Assembly: GCA_000708835.1 (NCBI GenBank)
Contig: DF237087.1
Coordinates: 104,016 to 168,015, forward strand
Direction: 5' to 3'
From: Klebsormidium nitens
Lineage: Eukaryota; Plantae; Klebsormidiophyceae
DNA length: 64,000 nt
Shown: one piece after another, positions 57,540 to 64,000 of the stretch
Layout of the letters: the number at the start of each line of letters is the position of its first letter
How positions within the stretch are numbered: position 1 is the first letter of the stretch
Made by a program: the position numbers and the translations under genes
Notes under the pieces: generated by a model
Seen by the model: only the letters and a program-made list of their open reading frames with translations
Told to the model about the DNA's origin: nothing
Databases searched by the model: none

Positions 57540-60500
57540 ATGGCAAGGTCTGGCAAGTTTGGCACCCTGCGGCGGATCTTGAACTCGCTTGGTATGCTGC
57601 CAAATGTCCTTCTACGCAAGGAGATGCTTCTCTGAGTCAGCAGGGAGTCAGCATCTGATGACTTGGCACAGTTGGTGGCAGCACCCAATGGCGGCCCCTG
57701 GCGGCCTTTGGATGCTTTTTGAGCTCGTTTTGATGGGGTGCAATGGTCTCCACCTTCATTTCTCGAAAGAACAAAGGGTCACTTTCTGGAGGGAGCTCTC
57801 TGGCGAGCTCAGAAGCTGGCAGCCTGTGGTCAGCGCATCGTGCACGCAGACGTCGGGACATGCTCAGGTAAGAGCAATTTGCCTTTCATTTATCTTGGCA
57901 ATCCTGAGGGCCTGTGCTGTGTGCTTCGAGTGCATTCTTCCAAGTGTTTGTGCTCTTGCAAAAAGGGGCCTTGTTTGCGGTGAAAGCAGTGCACGTTGAC
58001 GCATGGCGAGGTCTGCCTGACAGGTGTTATCAACATGAACGTGCAATTGTGCTGCCATTTAGCAACATGTAATTATCTTGGCAATCCAACAATACATCTT
58101 GCATGCATGCATGTCTGTGCATATTGCTTCATTATCTTGGTGCAGGCTGTTTGCTTTGCGACAGCAGAGCGTGTGGGCATCGGCGCTGCGCACCAGGTTT
58201 CAAGGTGAGCCCTCGTGCCCAGCCTTTTACGCTTCTTCAGCTGGCTGACCTGCACACCTGCAGGCTTGCAGGATTGTGCTTACAAAGTGGGACTGATCTC
58301 GGCTGATGGCCTACATCAATCCTCACCTGAGATCAATTGCTCGCCAATGCGTCATTGAACTGCGAGGGATCCCTCTGAGTATTGTCTGGTCATATCTTGC
58401 AGCAGATGGCAGAGACGACCACACCACAGCAGCAGGAGGCGGCAACCTCGCCGTTTGCTGGCAAGAAAGGCACCCCTGCTGCTGAATTGCTTCCTTCCAC
58501 TATGGTGAGCCCACCAAGCCCGGAGGCTCAGATTCTGCTGTGTGGGAGGAGCGTAGAGTCAATTTCTGAGATATGGCATGGATCAAGGAAGCGATACGTG
58601 CTGTACGTGCGGGGTGCTGACAAATTGCATTGGTTGAGAAGCTTCATTGCATAGACAAGTGGGTGCAAATTGTCAGCCCCATGCCAGGCACTCTTTCCGG
58701 GTTTACTGGGAGCGTTAGAGCGAGGTTCTGACAATCTGCATTGACCTAGAAGGTTGAAGTGTATAGACCTGCTGGTGCAGATTGTCAGCCCCATGCCGGG
58801 CACTTTTCTGGTGCTCAGTGCTTGATGGAGCGAGGTTCTGACAATCTGCATTGGCTTAGAGACTTCAAATGTATAAACCAGCTGGTGCAAATTGTCAGGC
58901 CCATGCCGGGCGCTTTCCTCGTTTCTTCTGAAGTTCATGTAGTGAGGATCTTACAATTTGCATTGGCTTAGAGACTTCAAATGTAAAGACCAGCTGGTGC
59001 AAATCGTCAGGCCCATGCATGGCACTTTTCTTGGCCGCCATTCACCCAGCTTGCTTTCCTTCTGGTGACATGAATGTTCGCTGCACTGAGGCACTCTATT
59101 TCCCTGCAGGGCACATCTGGCGCATCCTGCAATGATGCTGTCCCGCCGTTACCCATCAGAGCGCTCGTGGCGAGCGCGTCCAGAGGCTTCCTCACCAACT
59201 CCAAGAGAGGCCACCGCATCTCTCGGAAGGTGGCGGGGGCCGTGTGCCAGCGCGCTCGAGAGGAGCTCGGTTCTAAAGGCCTTCTCTGGTCAAAGGCCGC
59301 CTGGGATGGGAGCCTGCATGCCGCGATGGCTGGTCTCAAAGAGCTCGCGGGGACTTCGGACGCGGGCCTGCAACAGGGCTTTGAAAAGGTGTTGATGTCG
59401 ACCAGGCAGGCCCATCTGGAGGGGCTGCAGCGATCAGCAAGCGCCTCCCATGGAGCTCGCAGAACTACCGCGAGCCCAGCGCCTGCGCGCCCAGCAGCCA
59501 CAAACAATGCCCGGCCCCCACCTGGCGGCGCATCCAAGAAAGCCAGGAAGGCGAGGGAGCAGCTGGCCAGCTACCTATTTGCGGACAAGGGTGAGAGCAG
59601 CACCTTGATTGAGCAGGCTTGCTCGATGTACCTGGTCAGGCCTTTGCAGGAAGAATTCAGTTCTTTGCGGGACTTACTGCTTCATGGTCAGGAAGTATGC
59701 AATTATGTACAGGTATGAAGACAGGACTTCGTATAGGACTTTGCTTCTATGTTTATGGCCAAGGATGCCAAAGAAGGCGAGCCTCTACGCCCACATGTGA
59801 TTCACAGGTGTTCCAACTCTGATCCCAAGTCTTCATGCTTTCCTTGCAGTTCCACACAGTCTCCTCTGCGAAGAGTGCAGCTTTCCCGCAACCTTTGCGG
59901 TGCGCGGGGGCAAAGAAGCGGGCAACCTCAAGTACTTTTGCGGTGTGCATCGCCTGTTCAAACCTGGTTGCTTCAAGATTGAGACGGCCCGAGCAGGTGA
60001 GTTCTATGCTGCGTTGTGCCGGCGCGCCATAGCCTCCATAGTTTGTCCTCTGCACAGATTACTCGTCCTAGAGCTGTGCTAGTCCAAGCATGCGAACATG
60101 CGAGTTTGCAAGTGCACATAATGGCTATCGTCCACAAGCCTGGACCTGTTCTGCATGTGAGCGCTTATCACTTGAAAAACATGTTTTTCGTGCCCGTTTT
60201 CAGAGTGGGCACGTGACTGCGAAGTGTACAAGTTAAAGGAAGAGCTGGCGCGGGCGCTTGACGAGGAGGCGCGTCTCAAGGACAGTCGGGGTGAGGGTTT
60301 GTAAGCCTTTGGACAGTGCTGTTGAAGAAATGTGCCTCTTACTTTCACAATCCTTGATTCGGTCCTGCTTGGATTTTGCGGCCAGTGCAACTACGGAAAG
60401 ACTGGCAGGCTCTCCTCTATGCTGCCTCCCGTTGACCCTGAGAATGCTCGGAAAGCTCGAAATCATTTGAGCTCGTTGCTGAGTCTGCGAGTTCTCTGTG

Positions 60501-62345
60501 TGTCATGCTCGGTTCAAACACCTTCTCTCTTCTCCACAGGTTGCACCGATTGGCAGCAAAACGAACGCTGGTGGGATCCAACTCCTAAAAGCAGAGACCT
60601 CATTGGTAAGTCCAACTCTAGACGAGTCAATTCTGGTCTCATTCTGACGGACACGAGGTCAAGCCTGGGCACCAAGTCTAGCGCGTGCCTGGTCATTCAT
60701 TTAAGAGTGACCAAGGCAGGTCCTTGTTCTGCTTAACCTGGTAGCAGGACACTCAATTGGAGACCGCTCCAACGTGTTCAATCGCGAAAAATCTCGGTGA
60801 AAGCTGCCTGCTCCTGCTTAGCCGCTCTCCTTTGATGGTCATGTGTCCAGGGGTTTATGGACGTCGGAAGTATTCTGTCCGTTGCCCTTTTGCAGAAAAG
60901 CTCTTGATTATCGGCGGGGTCGAGAGCAATCCGGGATTCCCACCAACCGAAGGGGACCGTCCCCTAGCATCAGGAGGGGACATGCCAGTGGATGACGTTG
61001 GCGCGGCAGGAGTAGTCGCTCAGCCATCTCTCCACGATGTGAGCAAGCACCCGTACGGGAGTGTTTCAGAGTGATTGTTGTTGCTGGATCAGGGCCCAGA
61101 CAAATTGCACTGGCTTGAAGAAGTGTTTGTATAGAACCTGAGGTGCAGATTGACGGCACCGCTGGGGTAGTGTTTTCGAACCCATTTTTGTTGATGACTT
61201 AGGGCCAGGCATTTTGCATTGGTTTGAAAAAGTTGCTGTGTAGATTGACGGCGCCCGTCCAGTAGTGTTTTTAGAGCAGTCTTGCTGATTGATTTGGGTC
61301 CAAACGATTTGCACTTACTTGAAGAAGTGACTGAATTAATCATGAGGTGCAAATTGTCAGCCTACGCATTTCGCACTCCCCCCCCCTCTAAGTCACGTTG
61401 ATTCCGATGTGGTGCGCAGAATGATTGCCCTTAGCCCACGTAAATTGACTGCCAATAATGCTGTATCTTGTTTTAGCCAGGCTAAATCATGGGCGAGGTC
61501 GGTGTTCGACAGACTGCGTGTGCATCATTTCTGCAGGCAAGAGGCGACCGTGAGGTTTTGCAACATGCCAGCGAGGACCAGTTGCAAGGCTCGGCATCCG
61601 ATGTCGGCACGAAGAGGCTGCCAGAGCAGGTTAGAGCCCCCACTGCATTTGGTGTACTTCCCTCCACCATTTTGAGGCTTTCCTCAGCCGCGCTTCTTGA
61701 CCAGGCTGCCAAATTCTGGTCGTTGCTTCAGATAAGCTAGGCAGCACGTGACCGCTTGATTGCATCAGCCGGCTTACTGGAGAGAATCCGGTGTGCAGGT
61801 GCCATCAGGAGCAGCAGAAGCGTCGAGAAGGAGGAAGAGGGGAAGACTCGTCAAGCTCTCCGAACTTGCCAGCAGAGCCCCTACAGACCTTGCTGCAGGC
61901 AACGTGATCGAACCGGCTACTGGCGCTCGCACAGAGTAAGCACCTGTGCCACGCGCATTGCATATCAGCTAGAGCATCAGTCCCATGTAAATCGCTATGA
62001 TGATTTGTGCCCGTCACAGAGAGACTGCTGCAGCGATTGTGTTGTGCAGTTCTACGAATCAAGAGCCCATCAAGCCATAAGCCACTTCTAATCTTGCTCT
62101 CCTTCCCCTCGATATCCAGGGAAGCAGGAGAGCTGAAGGAAGACCTCAGTGAAACGTCCGAGCGGACTGCAGGCAACGGGCGCAGGGCCAGGAAGGAGCG
62201 GGCGGTTGCCGCGTTTTTTGCAGGTTGCGAACAGCGGAGAACTGTATGGGCTGCCAGAGAGGAGGAGGAGTTTGGTCCGCCCTCTCCAACGGCGCAAGAC
62301 GATTCTGCTACAGACATGCCAGATCTGGAGGCCTCGGAAACGTGA
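57540..62345 (+). CDS. Header gene D, closest paralogue of B, possibly degenerate; 3' extent uncertain
   Basis: Exons 58403-58504, 59110-59590, 59850-59996, 60204-60290, 60540-60605, 60896-61038, 61537-61629, 61799-61936, 62121-62345. The RALV..SKRG.R..RAREE.G..GLLWS.AAW.GSLHAA exon is shared with B. The motif reads GGVESNPGF. The first exon appears frameshifted. Confidence 0.55.
58605..59035 (+). repeat. Hairpin-unit repeat array x4 (intron of D)
   Basis: CTGACAATCTGCA..TGCAGATTGTCAG units. Confidence 0.9.
61085..61345 (+). repeat. Degenerate hairpin-unit array (intron of D)
   Basis: CAAATTGCAC..GTGCAGATTG units. Confidence 0.7.
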
Positions 62346-63829
62346 GGCCCTCTCTATCATTGCTTAACAGCAGACTGCGTCTTTTGAAGTAGCCGCAATT
62401 TACGAAAGCTTCTGGTAGGGCAATAAACCGATCTCACTCGCGATTCCGACTCGCATGCTTTCAGTACTTTGCGGTCTTGAACTGTGTCATTCGTCTTTGC
62501 ACACGCTGTCACAGAATTGTTGGACCAGGGCTTAACCGACAGCTCCTTGCTGCAGCGACGATGTCGAGGCCCGAGTACGTGAGTCCAGTCGAGAAGTTGC
62601 CGATCTCGGCGTTTCCTATGAAGGGGTAAGGGTGCCTCCGCCCACCCTAAGCCTTGCCAGAATCTGCCACCTGCAGGTCTGGGACGTATAGAGTTGTGTT
62701 CTTGACAGTTTACTCAAACTGGATGAGCGCTCGAAACGTGGTTCTGCGTTGCAGATGAAACGGTTTCCTTGTGCTCTGGGTTCACACCGATTACAAGCTG
62801 ACCTTGACGTACTTGGCTCTCCCCCGAGAATTCCACAGATTCATCCATCGCTTGCTGCTTGTGATCAGGTGCCTTCAGGGGAAGCACGGGCGCAAACGGA
62901 CGTCCTGCCGGCAGGCGCGTTGGAGTCGGCGGCGGCGCCATCAGCTGGAGACATGGGAGCAACAGTGAGTGTCGTCTGAATTCGTCGCTGCTTCGCGCCT
63001 TTATAGGACCACTGTGTGCGCCTTTTGGCAAGCTCGAAGGGACAGCGTCACTTGCACGCCCCTCATCTTACGCCCAGTGCCTCATGGGTGCTCGTTGACG
63101 TCGCGCTTCGCACGGTGGCTAGTCGGAGTGGGCTGCAACCTGAGCTTCATGTTCCTGGGACCCAGCTAACCACACCTGTTAAGGGCATTCGGACTACTGC
63201 GATTGCGGGTGCTCACCTTAATGTAACCAGTTTGCCAACCCGTTTGCCTCTAGGTACGGGACGAGGGCAGCGGAGCAAGGTCTGCAGCGCCAAAGGCTAG
63301 TCCGGCGGCTCAGAAGAGACGACGGTGAGCTCGAACGTTGACCCGGTATCACTTGCCGCCACTTTTCCACATGAAGGTGTGTCTGTCGCCTTCGGTGCTC
63401 TCTGACGATTGCATACAGCAAGGGCACCCCTTTAGATTGAGGCCCGGGTTTATTCCAGACCGCCCCAATGTGTTGATTGTTTCAGCAGCTTTCCAGCCAT
63501 TCGTGTTCAATGCTGCAGAAATTTCCTGTGCCGACCAACCCCTCTCTTTATTTCACAGCAAACGCGCCAGAGCGAACCCTGCCCCGATGGACGAGGCAAC
63601 TCGTGCGGCCGGTCGAACGGCTGCGGCAGCTCATCTCCAAGCTGTGGGGGCGTTGAGGCCCTCGAGAACGCAGCGCGAGGGGCGTACCGTTCATCAAACG
63701 GAGCTGGGTGATTTCGGAGGCCCGCCTCATGCACCCCCCTTCGTGAGTTGCCATGGAGAATCATTTTCTCCTGCAGCGTTCGGAGTACACTTCTGTATCT
63801 GAAGTTTAACTTTAAAGTTCCACCAGATC

Positions 63830-64000
63830 TAGGCTGTCTGGGGGGGGCGGTTAGGTTGGTTTCAGGTCTGCTCTGGGCACCTGGTTTCGGGGCCGTGGTC
63901 AAGCTGATTTGGGGTCGCAGGCAGGCTGTTTTGGGGGGGGCGGTGAGGTTGGTGTCGGGTCTGCTGTGGGCCTGGTTTTCGGGGCTGGTTTTGGGGCCGC
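63830..64000. repeat. G-rich ~95-bp tandem repeat beginning at the window edge
   Basis: gggggggcggt.aggttggt.tc.ggtctgct.tggg occurs twice. Confidence 0.7.

Noticed and set aside
63830-64000. Telomeric repeat
   Set aside because: No tandem TTAGGG/TTTAGGG-type units.
1-64000. rRNA or tRNA genes
   Set aside because: None recognised by eye; tRNAscan-SE or Infernal would be needed to exclude them.

Overview
This is eukaryotic genomic DNA with GT-AG introns. A plant-type TAF1 suggests a green alga or early streptophyte (inference). Two assembly gaps lie at about 11252-11624 and 45621-46194. The first 7 kb holds two conserved housekeeping genes head to head: TAF1 (5' part, minus strand) and DOHH. 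The remaining ~56 kb is an accessory, mobile-looking island. Its main feature is four paralogous multi-exon genes (A 11178-17856, B 19935-33125, C 47632-56398, D ~57540-62345). They share an N-terminal header: MARxRPxGxxKSDH (clear in A-C), a CxxC..CxxH zinc knuckle, a coiled coil, then a 2A/StopGo-like motif LLxxGG(V/I)ExNPGP. The C-terminal payloads are unrelated. A and C carry two different Crinkler-type NTPase + restriction-endonuclease-fold modules. B appears to splice in frame into a viral-type AEP primase + UL9-like helicase. D has a short payload and a broken NPGF motif. I traced exon chains by hand and they are phase-compatible, but there is no transcript evidence. The island also contains an intronless, AT-richer virus/PLV-like block (tyrosine recombinase, Prim-Pol + SF3 helicase, MC1-like protein) and a 3-exon CxC/KDZ-type transposase. 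Three intronless ORFs are nested inside introns (phage-like, HIRAN, XPA-like), and about nine arrays of a hairpin-forming ~110-bp repeat are dispersed through it. All family assignments come from motif recognition by eye, not database searches.
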